Position numbers and translations under genes: made by a program
Shown here: in pieces, positions 49,748 to 60,718 of the stretch
How positions within the stretch are numbered: position 1 is the stretch's first letter
Layout: the number at the start of each line of letters is the position of its first letter
Notes under the pieces: model-generated
Seen by the model: only the letters and a program-made list of their open reading frames with translations
Databases searched by the model: none
Told to the model about the DNA's origin: nothing
NCBI GenBank assembly: GCA_027491415.1
Contig: JAOZFH010000063.1
Location: 64,414-128,413, forward strand
Source of the DNA: Thermoproteota archaeon
Lineage (GTDB): Archaea > Korarchaeota > Korarchaeia > Korarchaeales > Korarchaeaceae
Length of the DNA stretch: 64,000 bases
Direction: 5' to 3'

Positions 49748-49890
49748 GCCCCCCGATACTCTTTCTATCGTTTTTGGCTCGCTGCGCGCGGCGCGCGGCC
49801 GCCGTAGACCGTCAGGCCGCTCCACATAGTATGGAAAAGATTTAGTCGATTCGGGGCCCCGGCCTCCGTGAGGGTTGGTGAGGTAAAGGC

Positions 49891-50157
49891 ATGCCTTCTG
49901 ACATTGTCATTCCGGTCTCGAACCCGGCGGAGGCTGCCGCTGGTCAGACCGGGTTGTGGAGGGTATTCAAACCCGTGATAGACAAGGGCAAGTGCGTCAG
50001 GTGCTGGGTGTGCGCCCTCTACTGCATGGAGGATGTGATCGACGAGGGCCCGGACGGATACCCGGTTGTGGACTACGAGTTCTGCAAGGGGTGCGGGATC
50101 TGCGCGAACGAGTGCCCCACTAAGGCCATAGATATGGTGCCGGAGGTGAGAGAATGA
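49891..50157 (+). CDS. porD: Pyruvate/2-ketoisovalerate:ferredoxin oxidoreductase delta subunit
   Basis: TGLWRVFKPVID, CVRCWVC..C, CKGCGICANECP. Confidence 0.93.
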   Translation: MPSDIVIPVSNPAEAAAGQTGLWRVFKPVIDKGKCVRCWVCALYCMEDVIDEGPDGYPVVDYEFCKGCGICANECPTKAIDMVPEVRE

Positions 50158-51356
50158 TCCAGAGGCAGGCAGAGAGGGGGAAGTGGGACATAATCACGGG
50201 GAACCACGCCGTTGCGCACGCGGCCAGGCTGGCCCGCGTCAAGGTCGTTCCAGCATACCCGATCACGCCGCAGACCACGATAGTGGAGTACATCGCGGAC
50301 TTCATCGAGAGGGGGGAGATGGACGCCGAGTACATTCGAGTAGAGAGCGAGCACAGCGCCATGGCCGCCGCCATAGGGGCCGCGGCCGTCGGCGCCAGGA
50401 CCTTCACGGCCACCGCCAGCCAGGGGCTCCTGCTGATGCACGAGGTTCTCCACTGGGCTGTCGGCTCGAGGCTGCCGATCGGGATGGCCGTGGTGAACAG
50501 GGCAGTGGGGCCCCCCTGGAGCATCCACGTGGATCACCAAGACGCCATCTCCCAGAGGGACACCGGCTGGATGATTCAGTTCGTCTCCTCCAACCAGGAG
50601 GCCCTCGACACCGTCTTGATGATGTACAAGGTGGCCGAGAGGCCCGACGTGCTCCTCCCGTTCATGGTCTGCCTCGACGGGTTCGTGCTCAGCCACACGT
50701 TCCAGCCCGTCCACATACCGGATCAAGCGGATGTGGACGCCTTCCTACCCGAGTACAGGCCTCCTCACTGGGTCATGGACCCCGATCGGCCGATCACCTA
50801 CGGTAACCTCGTCATGCCGGAGAGGGAGTACATGGAAATGAGGTGGTCCATCCACGAGGCCATGCTCAGGGCCAAAGAGGCCATCAGGGAGGTGGCCGGG
50901 GAGTTCAAGCGGGCCTTTGGCAGGTACCACGGGGACCTCCTGTGGGAGTACGAGACAGAGGACGCGGACATTCTCGTCGTGGCCACAGGGACCCTGGCCT
51001 CGGAGGCCGAGGAGGCCGTGGACCTCCTGAGGTCTGGGGGCAAGGGCGTAGGGCTCGTTAAGGTGAGGAGCTACAGGCCGTTCCCAGGGGAAGAGATAGT
51101 AAGGCTGGCGGAGGGTAGAAAGGCGATCGTCGTGCTCGACAGGAGCCTCTCGTTCGGTCAGGCTGGCCCGCTGGCCACCGACATCAGGGCCGCCCTCTTC
51201 ACCGCTGGGGTGTCGACCCCCGTCGTCGGGTTCGTCACAGGGCTCGGCGGGCGCGACATAACCTACGAGGACATAGCTGAGATCGTGAAGATCGCGGAGG
51301 AGAGGGTGAAAGAGGGCCGGCTCAGGCCCGTGGAGTGGTACAAGCTGAGGAGGTGA
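50154..51356 (+). CDS. porA: Pyruvate/2-ketoisovalerate:ferredoxin oxidoreductase alpha subunit
   Basis: YPITPQT, ESEHSA, TATASQGL, GLGGRD. Confidence 0.94.
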   Translation: MIQRQAERGKWDIITGNHAVAHAARLARVKVVPAYPITPQTTIVEYIADFIERGEMDAEYIRVESEHSAMAAAIGAAAVGARTFTATASQGLLLMHEVLHWAVGSRLPIGMAVVNRAVGPPWSIHVDHQDAISQRDTGWMIQFVSSNQEALDTVLMMYKVAERPDVLLPFMVCLDGFVLSHTFQPVHIPDQADVDAFLPEYRPPHWVMDPDRPITYGNLVMPEREYMEMRWSIHEAMLRAKEAIREVAGEFKRAFGRYHGDLLWEYETEDADILVVATGTLASEAEEAVDLLRSGGKGVGLVKVRSYRPFPGEEIVRLAEGRKAIVVLDRSLSFGQAGPLATDIRAALFTAGVSTPVVGFVTGLGGRDITYEDIAEIVKIAEERVKEGRLRPVEWYKLRR

Positions 51357-51363
51357 TGTCTGG

Positions 51364-52257
51364 ATGGCGAAGACAGTCATGGACCTGAGGAGGGGTCCCA
51401 AGTACGTCCTCCCGGGGTCCGCAGCATGTCCGGGGTGCGGCGCCCAGATCGCGCTGAAGTGGGTCCTGAAGATATTGGAGGGTAGGGCCATCTTCGTCAT
51501 ACCGGCCTGCTGCACCAGCGTCATCCAGGGGCCCTACCCGAAGAGCGCCTTCAAGTTCCCCGTGTACAACATGGCTTTTGCCGCCGCGGCCTCCACGGCT
51601 TCGGGAATGGCCAGGGCCCTGAGGGCAATGGGCGAGGAAGACATCCACGTGGTGGCGTGGGCCGGAGACGGGGGCACGTACGACATCGGCCTCCAGGCCC
51701 TCTCAGGGGCGGCCGAGAGGAACGAGGACATGATCTACATCTGCTACGACAACGAGGCGTACATGAACACCGGAATCCAGAGGTCCGGGGCGACCCCGCC
51801 CAAGGCTTGGACGAAGACGACCCCGACGGGGAAGGCCGAGATGAAGAAGAACATGGCGCTGATCGTGGCCGCCCACGGCGTCCCGTACGTGGCCACAGCG
51901 AGCATAGGCTACCCGGCGGACTTCCTTAAGAAGTTGAAGAAGGCCAAGCAGATGAGGGGCTTCAGGTACATCCAGATCTTCGCACCCTGCCCGACGGGGT
52001 GGAACTTCCCCGTGGACAAGACTGTCGAGATCGCCAAGCTGGCTGTGGACACGTACGTATGGCCGCTGTTCGAGGTAGAGCACGGGAAGTTGAAGATAAC
52101 CGTGAAGCCGCGCAGGAGGCCGCTGAAAGATTACGTCAGCCTGCAGAAGAGGTTCAGACACCTGACCGACGCGGACATAGAGGAGCTGGAGAGGACCTTC
52201 CTGTCCAGGTGGGAGGCGCTGGAGAGGCTCGAAGCTCAGGGGACGATATTCCTCTGA
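51364..52257 (+). CDS. porB: Pyruvate/2-ketoisovalerate:ferredoxin oxidoreductase beta subunit
   Basis: ACPGCG, GDGG...DNEAYMNTG, PCPTGW. Confidence 0.94.
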   Translation: MAKTVMDLRRGPKYVLPGSAACPGCGAQIALKWVLKILEGRAIFVIPACCTSVIQGPYPKSAFKFPVYNMAFAAAASTASGMARALRAMGEEDIHVVAWAGDGGTYDIGLQALSGAAERNEDMIYICYDNEAYMNTGIQRSGATPPKAWTKTTPTGKAEMKKNMALIVAAHGVPYVATASIGYPADFLKKLKKAKQMRGFRYIQIFAPCPTGWNFPVDKTVEIAKLAVDTYVWPLFEVEHGKLKITVKPRRRPLKDYVSLQKRFRHLTDADIEELERTFLSRWEALERLEAQGTIFL

Positions 52258-52266
52258 GGGAGAGCC

Positions 52267-54060
52267 TCAGGCGGCCTCGCCGTCCTCGAACCCCAGGTAC
52301 CCGAGTTCTGCTCTCTGGAGGGCCTCACGGAGCGCCTCCTCGTACTCTCTCTTTTTGGACATCCTCACCACCTCGGCAACCAGCTGCCAGCGCTCCACGG
52401 GCTCCTCAAACAGCAGGGCAGCCAGCCTGGCCTCCAGCTCCCGCGTCTCGGGGTCCTCGCTGAGGGGCCGCCTGAGGGACAAGCTCGACAGGGCCGTCAC
52501 CGAGGCCACAAGGAGCGCGAGGGGGATCAGCGGGCCCAGCAGGGAGAGGGCAAGAGCCTCGTCCAGCGTCCTGTACGCCGACAGGAAGTCGCCGGTCAGC
52601 CGGTACCCCTTCGCGGCCTCCACCAGATCCTCCACTTGGGGGGCGAGCGGGTTCAGCGGGCGGGTTCCGTTGAGGAGCGCCATCACGAATCGGGCCCGAG
52701 ATTCTATGGGATCACCCATGGTCACCGGTTGGAGGGGGATGTTGAAGCCCATCGCAGCAAAGTAATCGGTCAGATCCTCCCCGGCGGCCTTGCTCAGGTA
52801 GTAGACCAGCTCACCGATCTCGTCCACCTCAGCGCCGTCAGAGCGGATCTCGGAGAAGAATCGCTTGTAGAAGTCGAGCCCGCCGTACCTATCGCCCAGG
52901 TCGGAGAAGATGTAGAGGCTCGCCAGGTAGTAGGTCGCGACGTCGGGCGGAGACCCGCCGCCCCTCCAGTCCTGCAGGAACCCCAGGTTTCGAACTTCCT
53001 GAAACACGAGCCTGGACAGGTTGATGTCCTCCTGTCCCGCGTCCGGGTACCCGCTCTCTCGGAGTATGAGGTAGCTTAGGTACTGTGCGAGCCCCTCGTG
53101 CGCCCACCTGAGTTCTGTGGATAGGCCTGCCCGCAGCATGTACTGGTGGAGGAGCTCGTGGACGAGGGTTTCCGGCAGGTAGCTCTCCGGGTACCTGACC
53201 AGCATGAGGTTCAGCGACACCTTGCCCGGGGTGATCACGTCCTCCATCAGCATGGCGGGGCTGGAGACGCTGGTGAAGCCGAGGACGGCGATCTCCTCGG
53301 GATCCGAGGGAATGAAGAACTTCATCGAGATGGGGATCTCCGGCATGTCCGTCACATCCGAGACGGCTGGCTGGAACTTCAGGTAGATCTTGGTGACGTT
53401 CTCGGCCACGTCAACGTATCTCTTGGGCGTGGTTATCGTCAGGGCTCCGGCAGTGAGGTTGACTAGCTCGGGCTCCTCGGTCGTCTTGAAGACCACCATC
53501 ACCCTGTGGCCGACGTCGGATTCCGGTGGTATCGCGAAAGTGAGCACGAGCTGATCACCGGAGGCCTCCTGCGAGTCGGGGGACCTCTCCATCCCGTCGA
53601 CGAACGAGGCCTCCACCTCGAAGCCAGCGGGCATCCGGACGATTACCTCGCCGGGATAGCTCGGGTCATACCCCACGAGTGTGGAGAAGAAGACCCCATT
53701 CGGTTCGACTATGAAAGAGCCAAACCTGTAGCTGTAGCTCATCTCTAGCGAGGCGCCGGCCTCGAACTCGAAGGAGAGGTTGCTGTAGAAGTAGTAGGCC
53801 GTGTCTCGCTGGAGGTTTGTTGAGATGATCCCCTCCTGAGACAGGGAGTACTCCCTGAACTTCGGGACCATTATCCAGGCCCTCCCCGGCGCATCGGATG
53901 TGAACCTCGCCACCAGGGAGACCGTGCCGTTCTCGTGGATGGTGAACTCGTAGGTGAAGGCGCCTTGAATAGGCGCGGCCTCCAGACGCGCCGCATGAGG
54001 CGAGGTGAGCAGGGCCGCCAGGAGGAGCGCCGCCAGCGCCGCGTGGATCTTCTTTGCCAC
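52267..54060 (-). CDS. Secreted, membrane-anchored gluzincin (M1/MA-like) metallopeptidase
   Basis: Signal peptide, HELLH...WAHEGLAQY, C-terminal TM helix. Confidence 0.82.
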   Translation of the reverse strand: MAKKIHAALAALLLAALLTSPHAARLEAAPIQGAFTYEFTIHENGTVSLVARFTSDAPGRAWIMVPKFREYSLSQEGIISTNLQRDTAYYFYSNLSFEFEAGASLEMSYSYRFGSFIVEPNGVFFSTLVGYDPSYPGEVIVRMPAGFEVEASFVDGMERSPDSQEASGDQLVLTFAIPPESDVGHRVMVVFKTTEEPELVNLTAGALTITTPKRYVDVAENVTKIYLKFQPAVSDVTDMPEIPISMKFFIPSDPEEIAVLGFTSVSSPAMLMEDVITPGKVSLNLMLVRYPESYLPETLVHELLHQYMLRAGLSTELRWAHEGLAQYLSYLILRESGYPDAGQEDINLSRLVFQEVRNLGFLQDWRGGGSPPDVATYYLASLYIFSDLGDRYGGLDFYKRFFSEIRSDGAEVDEIGELVYYLSKAAGEDLTDYFAAMGFNIPLQPVTMGDPIESRARFVMALLNGTRPLNPLAPQVEDLVEAAKGYRLTGDFLSAYRTLDEALALSLLGPLIPLALLVASVTALSSLSLRRPLSEDPETRELEARLAALLFEEPVERWQLVAEVVRMSKKREYEEALREALQRAELGYLGFEDGEAA

Positions 54061-54113
54061 GATCTGAACACTGCCGTTCCGAATTAATTAGTTTCACCAG
54101 ACGACCGCCGCGG

Positions 54114-55451
54114 GTGACCGACTTGGAGAGAGTCCTGATCAAGGGCCTCACGGCGGTGGTTACTCAGGACGAGAAGAGGAGAGTCCTTCGAGACGCCGAC
54201 ATTCTCATCGAGGGGAGTAAGATAGCCGCGGTCGGGCGTGACCTCCCGGGAGGCGCCGACATGGTCATCGACGGGAGGGGGAAGGTCGCGATCCCAGGGC
54301 TCGTCAACGCACACACCCACATACCCATGACCCTGTTCCGGGGGGTCGCCGACGACCTCGACCTGATGACCTGGCTCCAGGAGAAGATATGGCCCATGGA
54401 GGCTCACCTCACCGCCGAGGAGGTGGCCGCCGGGGCTGCGCTGGGGATCTACGAGGCCCTCCGGACCGGGACGACGACCTTCGCAGACATGTACTTCTTC
54501 GAGGACGCCATAGCCGAGGAAGCCATCAGGCTGAACATCCGCGCCGTCCTTGCGGAGAGCTACATCGGGTTCGGGAGCCCGGTCGTGCGGGACGGCTGGA
54601 AGGCCTTCGAGTACGCCAAGGAGTTCGTCAAGAGGTGGAAGGGGAGACACGAACTCATAACCCCCTCGCTGGGGCCGCACGCTCCCTACTCAGTCGAGCC
54701 GGACCTACTGGGGGCCTCCGCAGAGGCCGCCAGAGAACTCGAGGTTCCGCTGCAGATCCACCTAGCCGAGGACAGGTCCGAGGTCGACAAGGTGACGAGA
54801 GATTACGGAAAGACCCCTGTCAGGCACGTCGAGTCGCTCGGACTCTTTGAGGGGAACAGGGTGATCGCAGCTCACGTGGTCCACCCGCAGGACGGAGAGA
54901 TTCAGATCCTGAAGGAACGTAGAGTGCTCATCGCCCACAACCCGATAAGCAACATGAAGTGTGGCGCCGGATTCGCCCCGGTCCCGGACTATCTGAAGGA
55001 GGGCGTGCTGGTCGGCCTGGGCACAGACGGCGCCGGGAGCAACAACTGCCTCGACATGTTCGAGACCATGAAGGTCGCGGCCCTGATACACAAGGGGTAC
55101 ACCGGCGACCCGAAGGTGGTCTCAGCCCAAGAGGTGCTGGACATGGCCACGGTCCTCCCGGCCAGGGCCCTTGGCCTGAACGTGGGGTCGATCGAGCCCG
55201 GCAAGCTGGCAGACATAGTGCTGGTCGCGACCGAGTCGCCGTGGTGGAGGCCCCTGCACTCAATAGTCTCGCACATCGTCTACGCAGCCAGGTCCACGGA
55301 CGTCACCCACGTGTTCGTCGGCGGGAAGCTCTCCATAGAGGACGGCAGGCTCGTGACGGCCGACCCAGGAGAGATCGTCAAGAGGGCTGAGGAGGCGGCG
55401 CTGAGGCTCATGGAGAAGGGCGGAGTGGAGTCCTTCCTCAGCGGCTCCTGA
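54114..55451 (+). CDS. mtaD: Amidohydrolase (MTA/SAH or 5'-deoxyadenosine deaminase-like)
   Basis: PGLVNAHTH, GTTTFADMYF, PHAPY, IHLAE, HNPISNMK, GTDGAGSNN. Confidence 0.88.
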   Translation: MTDLERVLIKGLTAVVTQDEKRRVLRDADILIEGSKIAAVGRDLPGGADMVIDGRGKVAIPGLVNAHTHIPMTLFRGVADDLDLMTWLQEKIWPMEAHLTAEEVAAGAALGIYEALRTGTTTFADMYFFEDAIAEEAIRLNIRAVLAESYIGFGSPVVRDGWKAFEYAKEFVKRWKGRHELITPSLGPHAPYSVEPDLLGASAEAARELEVPLQIHLAEDRSEVDKVTRDYGKTPVRHVESLGLFEGNRVIAAHVVHPQDGEIQILKERRVLIAHNPISNMKCGAGFAPVPDYLKEGVLVGLGTDGAGSNNCLDMFETMKVAALIHKGYTGDPKVVSAQEVLDMATVLPARALGLNVGSIEPGKLADIVLVATESPWWRPLHSIVSHIVYAARSTDVTHVFVGGKLSIEDGRLVTADPGEIVKRAEEAALRLMEKGGVESFLSGS

Positions 55452-56001
55452 GTCTGGCGAGCATTTCGGCGTAGGTCTGAGGGACGGCCCTGCCCTCCAG
55501 GCCGAGCCGGCGGAGCAGGTCCATGACCTCATCCGCCGGCCCCTCTATCTCCACGAACTCACCCAGGCCGTCAACCCTGTCGAGGTAGGCCCTGGACCTG
55601 AGGCCCTCGAGGCTAACAGGCACCCTAACCTTCCTCACGACCACCAGCGGGGTCAGGCCCGCGGAGGCTATCGCCCTCTCCGGGTCCGACGTCGGGCTGA
55701 GACCCGCGGCCTCCAAGGCCCGGGCGGCTTCAATACTTCCTGGAGGGCCCTCCAGCTCAACCCGCGACTTTACACTCCCCTTGAAGCTCATAGGGCCCTT
55801 GTAAGTGACAACGACTCCCCCGCGCGACCTCCGAATCCTCAGGGCAACCCCCCTGCTAGTCAGCCTGCGGTCTGGGTAGTCGTAGAACGTGTCGACCTGC
55901 TCCACGGGCTGACCCAGGGAGAAGGATATGCCCACGCGGTCCAGGGCCTCGAGAAACTCCCCGTGAGACACCCTTAGCTTTGCCTCCTCCTCCACCGGCA
56001 A
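55438..56001 (-). CDS. cyaB: CYTH-domain protein (class IV adenylate cyclase-like)
   Basis: EEEAK, QVDTFY, LRIR, TYKGP, LD.V.GLGEFVEIE. Confidence 0.85.
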   Translation of the reverse strand: MPVEEEAKLRVSHGEFLEALDRVGISFSLGQPVEQVDTFYDYPDRRLTSRGVALRIRRSRGGVVVTYKGPMSFKGSVKSRVELEGPPGSIEAARALEAAGLSPTSDPERAIASAGLTPLVVVRKVRVPVSLEGLRSRAYLDRVDGLGEFVEIEGPADEVMDLLRRLGLEGRAVPQTYAEMLARLRSR

Positions 56002-56041
56002 CTCGGAGCGCCTCCAAGATGCGGGGAAAGGCGGCGGGGCC

Positions 56042-56129
56042 TGGTGCGGGGGGTGGGATTTGAACCCACGAACCCCTGAGGGAGCGGATCTTAAGTCCGC
56101 CGCCTTTGACCTGGCTCGGCCACCCCCGC
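56042..56129 (-). tRNA. tRNA-Leu(TAA), CCA encoded
   Basis: GCGGGGG...GCGGA-CTTAAGA-TCCGC, long variable arm, GGTTCAAATCC, ACCA. Confidence 0.96.
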
Positions 56130-56197
56130 CCGCGGTCAGGGCCCAGACCGCACTTATATAGGTTAGGGGCCGCCTGGGGCGCGCTGAGTCCGGTCGG

Positions 56198-56548
56198 GTG
56201 TCGGCGTTGAGCGAGGGCAGGACAGAGGAGGTACCGCTGGCTGTGGTGGACAACGAGATCCTGGCTCTCGGATTCGAGATGGTGGGCGTGAAAGCAGTGG
56301 TCCTGAGGGGAAGGCGGAAGCTCCTCGAGTTCTTCAGGGAACAGGAGAAGTCGCTTCCACATGTCGTGTTCGTCAACGAGAGAGTCTTCGAGGAGATAGA
56401 GTCCTATAGGGCTGACATGCTTCGGAAGGGTAAGATCAAGCCTGTTTTTGCCGTCGTGCCTGACCTGGAGAAGCCGAGGGGGGTCAGGCTCCGCCAGCTC
56501 CGTCAGCTCCTTCTGAAGGCCCTCGGCACCGAGGAGATCAAGATCTGA
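56198..56548 (+). CDS. atpF: A/V-type ATP synthase subunit F
   Basis: LAVVD.E...LGFEMVGV...P.F.VVPD...KALG; first gene of the operon. Confidence 0.8.
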   Translation: MSALSEGRTEEVPLAVVDNEILALGFEMVGVKAVVLRGRRKLLEFFREQEKSLPHVVFVNERVFEEIESYRADMLRKGKIKPVFAVVPDLEKPRGVRLRQLRQLLLKALGTEEIKI

Positions 56549-56562
56549 GAGGAGGGGTGGGG

Positions 56563-56862
56563 ATGCCGAGACTGATTGAGGTCGTCCTGCGAACCGAGGA
56601 GGAGGCAAAGCGAATCCTGGAGGAGGCCGAGAAGGAGGCGGAGAGGATACTCAGGGAGGCGGAAGAGGAGCGCGACAGGATCCTCAAGGAGGCCAGGGAG
56701 GCCAAGATAGAGGTCGAGCTCAGGGCGGACGTCGAGAATGAGATACGGGAGATTCTTGAGAAGGCTAAGAAGCAGGCCGAGGAGATGGAGAGGAAGGCCA
56801 AGGCGAACATGGAGAGGGCGGTTGAGTTCATAGTGAGGGAGGTGCTCAGCGGTGGCGGGTGA
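56563..56862 (+). CDS. atpH: A/V-type ATP synthase subunit H (G)
   Basis: E/A/K/R coiled coil EEEAKRILEEAEKEA, in operon context. Confidence 0.75.
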   Translation: MPRLIEVVLRTEEEAKRILEEAEKEAERILREAEEERDRILKEAREAKIEVELRADVENEIREILEKAKKQAEEMERKAKANMERAVEFIVREVLSGGG

Positions 56863-57478
56863 GATCAGGGAAGAGGACGCCGTGATGGCCGCGCTTCTGG
56901 AGCTTGCCATGAGGCGCGCGGAGGAGAAGGTCGAGGAAGCCAGGAAGAGAGCCAAGGAGATAATCGAGGATGCCAGGAGGGAGGCGGAGAGGATAATCGA
57001 GGCGAGGAGGGCCAGAGCAATGAGGGAGATGGAGGAGGAGATTGAGAGAAAGCGAAGCGCGGCCGAGGTGGACGCCAGGAAGATTCTCATGGAGGTGGAG
57101 ACGAGGTACGTCCAAGAGGCCATCGACCGGGCCAAGGACGCCCTGAACGAGGTTGTCGAGGGGGAGTACCCCGGTGTGGACTATCGTGAGGTGCTGAGGA
57201 GCCTGGCCGAGGAGGCCGTGAGGGGAGTGGGAGAGGCAGAGGTGTACCTCATGGGAAGGGAGGCCGACAGGGAGATCCTCAAGGAGATCGCGGCGGATCT
57301 CTCCAAGGAACTTGGAATGACCGTGAAGGTGGATGAGACAACGCTGAAGATCGTCGGCGGAGTCGTGGCGAGGGACGCCCAGGACAAGAAGAGGTTCTAC
57401 AACACTATCGAGGGGAGGCTCAGGCGCGTCCAAGAGGAGAAGTTCCACGAGGTTGCTGCCTTGTTGTTTGGGAGGTGA
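56852..57478 (+). CDS. atpE: A/V-type ATP synthase subunit E
   Basis: N-terminal coiled coil; IVGGVV...NTIEGRL...VAALLFG. Confidence 0.88.
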   Translation: MAGEIREEDAVMAALLELAMRRAEEKVEEARKRAKEIIEDARREAERIIEARRARAMREMEEEIERKRSAAEVDARKILMEVETRYVQEAIDRAKDALNEVVEGEYPGVDYREVLRSLAEEAVRGVGEAEVYLMGREADREILKEIAADLSKELGMTVKVDETTLKIVGGVVARDAQDKKRFYNTIEGRLRRVQEEKFHEVAALLFGR

Positions 57479-57484
57479 AGCTGA

Positions 57485-59269
57485 TTGGCAGTTGAGCAGG
57501 AGGTTACCGGGGTCGTCTCCCACATCAAGGGCCCCATAGTCGTCGCAGACGGAATGAGGGGGGCCCGGATCAGGGAGATAGTCCTCGTGGGCGAGGAGAA
57601 GCTCATAGGTGAGATCGTCAGGATAGAGGGTAACAGGACTGTCATACAGGTCTACGAGCCCACTGAGGGAATGAGGCCCGGAGAGCCAGTTGAGAGGACT
57701 GGAGAGCCCCTGTCCGCTGAGCTGGGGCCGGGCTTGCTCGGCCAGGTGCTCGACGGGCTCGGCAGGCCCCTACCGAAGATAGCCGAGATGACGGGACCCT
57801 TCATTACCCGGGGGATAAAGCTCCCCACCCTCCCGCGCGACGTCAAGTGGTCCTTCAAGCCCTCTGCGAGGGTGGGCGACAGGGTCGTGCCGGGGGACGT
57901 CCTCGGCACGGTCCCGGAGGGCGCGGTGACCCACAAGATCATGGTCCCGCCCAACGCCCTGCCGGGTCGCATAGTGGAGATGGCCCCGGAGGGCGACTAC
58001 ACGGTTGAGGAGGTCATCGCGGTCGTCGAGTCGGCTGGAGGCGTTCGACAGGAGATCAAGCTGTACCACAAGTGGCCTGTCAGGATGCCCAGGCCCTTCA
58101 GGGAGAAGCTGGAGCCGACGATGCTCCTGGTGACCGGGCAGAGGGTCATAGACACGTTCTTCCCGATAGTGAAGGGAGGGGCCTCTGCCATTCCCGGAGG
58201 CTTCGGCACGGGGAAGACCGTGACCCTTCACCAGGTCTCTAAGTGGGCCGACGCCGACGTCGTGGTCTACGTCGGGTGCGGCGAGCGTGGAAACGAGATG
58301 ACGGACCTGCTCCAGCACTTCCCGAAGCTCATCGACCCCAAGACCGGGAGGCCCCTGCTGGAGAGGAGCGTGCTCATCGCCAACACCAGCAACATGCCGG
58401 TGCCCGCCAGGGAGGCGAGCATCTTCATCGGCATAACGTACGCGGAGTACTACAGGGACATGGGCCTGGATGTCGTGCTCACGGCCGACTCCACCAGCAG
58501 GTGGGCCGAGGCGCTGAGGGAACTCTCGTCCAGGCTGGAGGAGATCCCGTCAGAGAGGGGGTTCCCCGCCTACCTGCCGGACTACATTGCCTCCTTCTAT
58601 GAGAGGGCGGGGAGGATTAAGGTTCTCGGTAGGAGGGATGAGATGGGTTCCGTCGCCGTGATCGGCGCGGTCAGCCCCTCGGGCGGAGACCTGAACGAGC
58701 CCGTGACCCAGCACACCATGAGGTACGTGGGCGCCTTCTGGGCCCTAGACAAGGACCTTGCGTTCAAGAGACACTTCCCGGCCATCAACTGGCTTAAGAG
58801 CTTCTCCAAGTACGTCGCGGAGCTCAAGTACTGGTGGATAGAGAACACCGGCTACGACATGATGGAGTACAGGGAGCGCGCCATGGAGATCCTGCAGAAG
58901 GCCTCCAGCCTGGAGGAGGTGGCGAGGGTCGTTGGAGAGGCCGCCCTGAGTGACGAGAACAGGCTCGTTCTGCTCGCCGCCGAGATGATCAGGGAGGGAT
59001 TCCTCGTGCAGAACGCCTACCACGAGGTGGATACCTACTGCTCCCCGAAGAAGCAGGCCATGCTCCTCAAGGCCCTCGTCGAGTTCTACGACCGCGCTAG
59101 GCCCCTGGTCGAGGCAGGAGTTCCCATGTCCTCCATCAGGGAGATGAGTTCTGTGGGCCTCCTGATGAGGCTCAAGTTCGTCCCGGAGGACGAGTTCGAG
59201 GAGGCGCTCAAGGAGGCGCTCACCAAGCTCGAGACCGAGGCCAGCATGCTGATGGCGGAGGTGAGGTGA
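57485..59269 (+). CDS. atpA: A/V-type ATP synthase subunit A
   Basis: [34 protein letters not shown]; no intein. Confidence 0.98.
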   Translation: MAVEQEVTGVVSHIKGPIVVADGMRGARIREIVLVGEEKLIGEIVRIEGNRTVIQVYEPTEGMRPGEPVERTGEPLSAELGPGLLGQVLDGLGRPLPKIAEMTGPFITRGIKLPTLPRDVKWSFKPSARVGDRVVPGDVLGTVPEGAVTHKIMVPPNALPGRIVEMAPEGDYTVEEVIAVVESAGGVRQEIKLYHKWPVRMPRPFREKLEPTMLLVTGQRVIDTFFPIVKGGASAIPGGFGTGKTVTLHQVSKWADADVVVYVGCGERGNEMTDLLQHFPKLIDPKTGRPLLERSVLIANTSNMPVPAREASIFIGITYAEYYRDMGLDVVLTADSTSRWAEALRELSSRLEEIPSERGFPAYLPDYIASFYERAGRIKVLGRRDEMGSVAVIGAVSPSGGDLNEPVTQHTMRYVGAFWALDKDLAFKRHFPAINWLKSFSKYVAELKYWWIENTGYDMMEYRERAMEILQKASSLEEVARVVGEAALSDENRLVLLAAEMIREGFLVQNAYHEVDTYCSPKKQAMLLKALVEFYDRARPLVEAGVPMSSIREMSSVGLLMRLKFVPEDEFEEALKEALTKLETEASMLMAEVR

Positions 59270-59272
59270 GGA

Positions 59273-60703
59273 ATGGCGGTGATCTATGGGGCCACTAGGA
59301 AGGGCATCCGGCTGGTCAAGGGACCCCTTCTGTTTATGGAGGGCGTTCTCGAGGCCCGGTTTGGCGAGGTCGTCAGGATATTCTCCGAGGAAGGCAGGGA
59401 GTGGGTGGGCCAGGTCCTCGAGGCGGGCAGGGAGGCCACGGTGATCCAGGTCCTCGGAGACACTGAGGGCATAGACGTTGGCGTGATCGTCAAGTTCACC
59501 GGAGAGACGCTCAAGCTCCCCGTCGCCGAGGAGATGCTCGGCAGGGTCTTCAGCGGCTCCGGCGTGCCCATCGACGGAGGGCCGCCGGTGAAGGCCGAGG
59601 ACTACAGGGACATCAACGGGGCCCCCATCAACCCCACGATGAGGGACTACCCCGACGAGTTCGTGGAGACGGGCATCTCGGCAATCGACGGCATGCTCAG
59701 CCTTGTGAGGGGGCAGAAGCTGCCGATCTTCTCCGAGTCTGGGCTCCCGCACAACCAGGTCGCCGCGCAGATCGCCAGGCAGGCCGTGGTGCCTGGCAAG
59801 GCGGAGAGGTTCGCCATAGTGTTCGCGGCTATAGGGCTCAAGCACGATGAGGTGCTCTACTTCAGGAAGCAGTTCGAGGAGTTCGGCGCCCTCAGCAGGT
59901 CCATCCTGTTCCTGAACCTGGCCAACGACCCGGTGATAGAGAGGATAATGACCCCCAGGGTGGCGCTCACGGCGGCGGAGTACCTGGCCTTCGACCTGGA
60001 CATGGACGTCCTAGTCATACTCACGGACATGACCAACTACTGCGAGGCTCTCAGGGAGCTCAGCGCGGCCAGGGAGGAGGTGCCAAGCAGGAAGGGCTAT
60101 CCGGGGTACATGTACAGCGACCTCGCCAGCATCTACGAGAGGGCGGGGAGGATCAAGGGCAAGGCGGGGTCGATAACGCTGATGCCGATCCTCACAATGC
60201 CAGGAGGCGACCTAACGCACCCGATACCCGACCTCACCGGATACATCACGGAGGGGCAGATCTTCCTGGACTACGACCTGTTCAACAGGGGCATCTACCC
60301 ACCGATCAACGTGCTCCCCAGCCTCAGCAGGCTGATGAAGGACGGAGTCGGAAGGGGCAAGACGAGGGAGGACCACATGGAGGTGTCGAACCAGCTCTAC
60401 GCCTCGTACAGGGAGGGGACCAAGGCGAGAGAGCTGGTGCAGATCATAGGCGAGGCGGGCCTCAGCAAGAGGGAGAGGACCTACCTGAGGTTCGCCGACA
60501 GATTCGAGAGGGAGTTCGTGGCCCAGGGCTTCAGGGAGAGGAGGCCCATCGAGGAGACGCTGGAGATAGCCTGGGACCTGCTGGCCATGCTGCCGGAGGC
60601 CGAGCTCACCAGGATAAGCGACGCCACAATCGCGAAGTATCATCCAAAGCACAGGGGGTCTGGAGAGGAGGGCCCCGAGGGGAAGACCGAGATCTACGCC
60701 TAA
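59273..60703 (+). CDS. atpB: A/V-type ATP synthase subunit B
   Basis: [31 protein letters not shown]. Confidence 0.98.
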   Translation: MAVIYGATRKGIRLVKGPLLFMEGVLEARFGEVVRIFSEEGREWVGQVLEAGREATVIQVLGDTEGIDVGVIVKFTGETLKLPVAEEMLGRVFSGSGVPIDGGPPVKAEDYRDINGAPINPTMRDYPDEFVETGISAIDGMLSLVRGQKLPIFSESGLPHNQVAAQIARQAVVPGKAERFAIVFAAIGLKHDEVLYFRKQFEEFGALSRSILFLNLANDPVIERIMTPRVALTAAEYLAFDLDMDVLVILTDMTNYCEALRELSAAREEVPSRKGYPGYMYSDLASIYERAGRIKGKAGSITLMPILTMPGGDLTHPIPDLTGYITEGQIFLDYDLFNRGIYPPINVLPSLSRLMKDGVGRGKTREDHMEVSNQLYASYREGTKARELVQIIGEAGLSKRERTYLRFADRFEREFVAQGFRERRPIEETLEIAWDLLAMLPEAELTRISDATIAKYHPKHRGSGEEGPEGKTEIYA

Positions 60704-60718
60704 CTCCGGTGAGGGGCA

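Noticed and set aside
56563-57060. Repetitive GAG/AGG-rich DNA suggesting tandem repeats
   Set aside because: Explained by the E/A/K/R coiled coils of ATP synthase subunits H and E.
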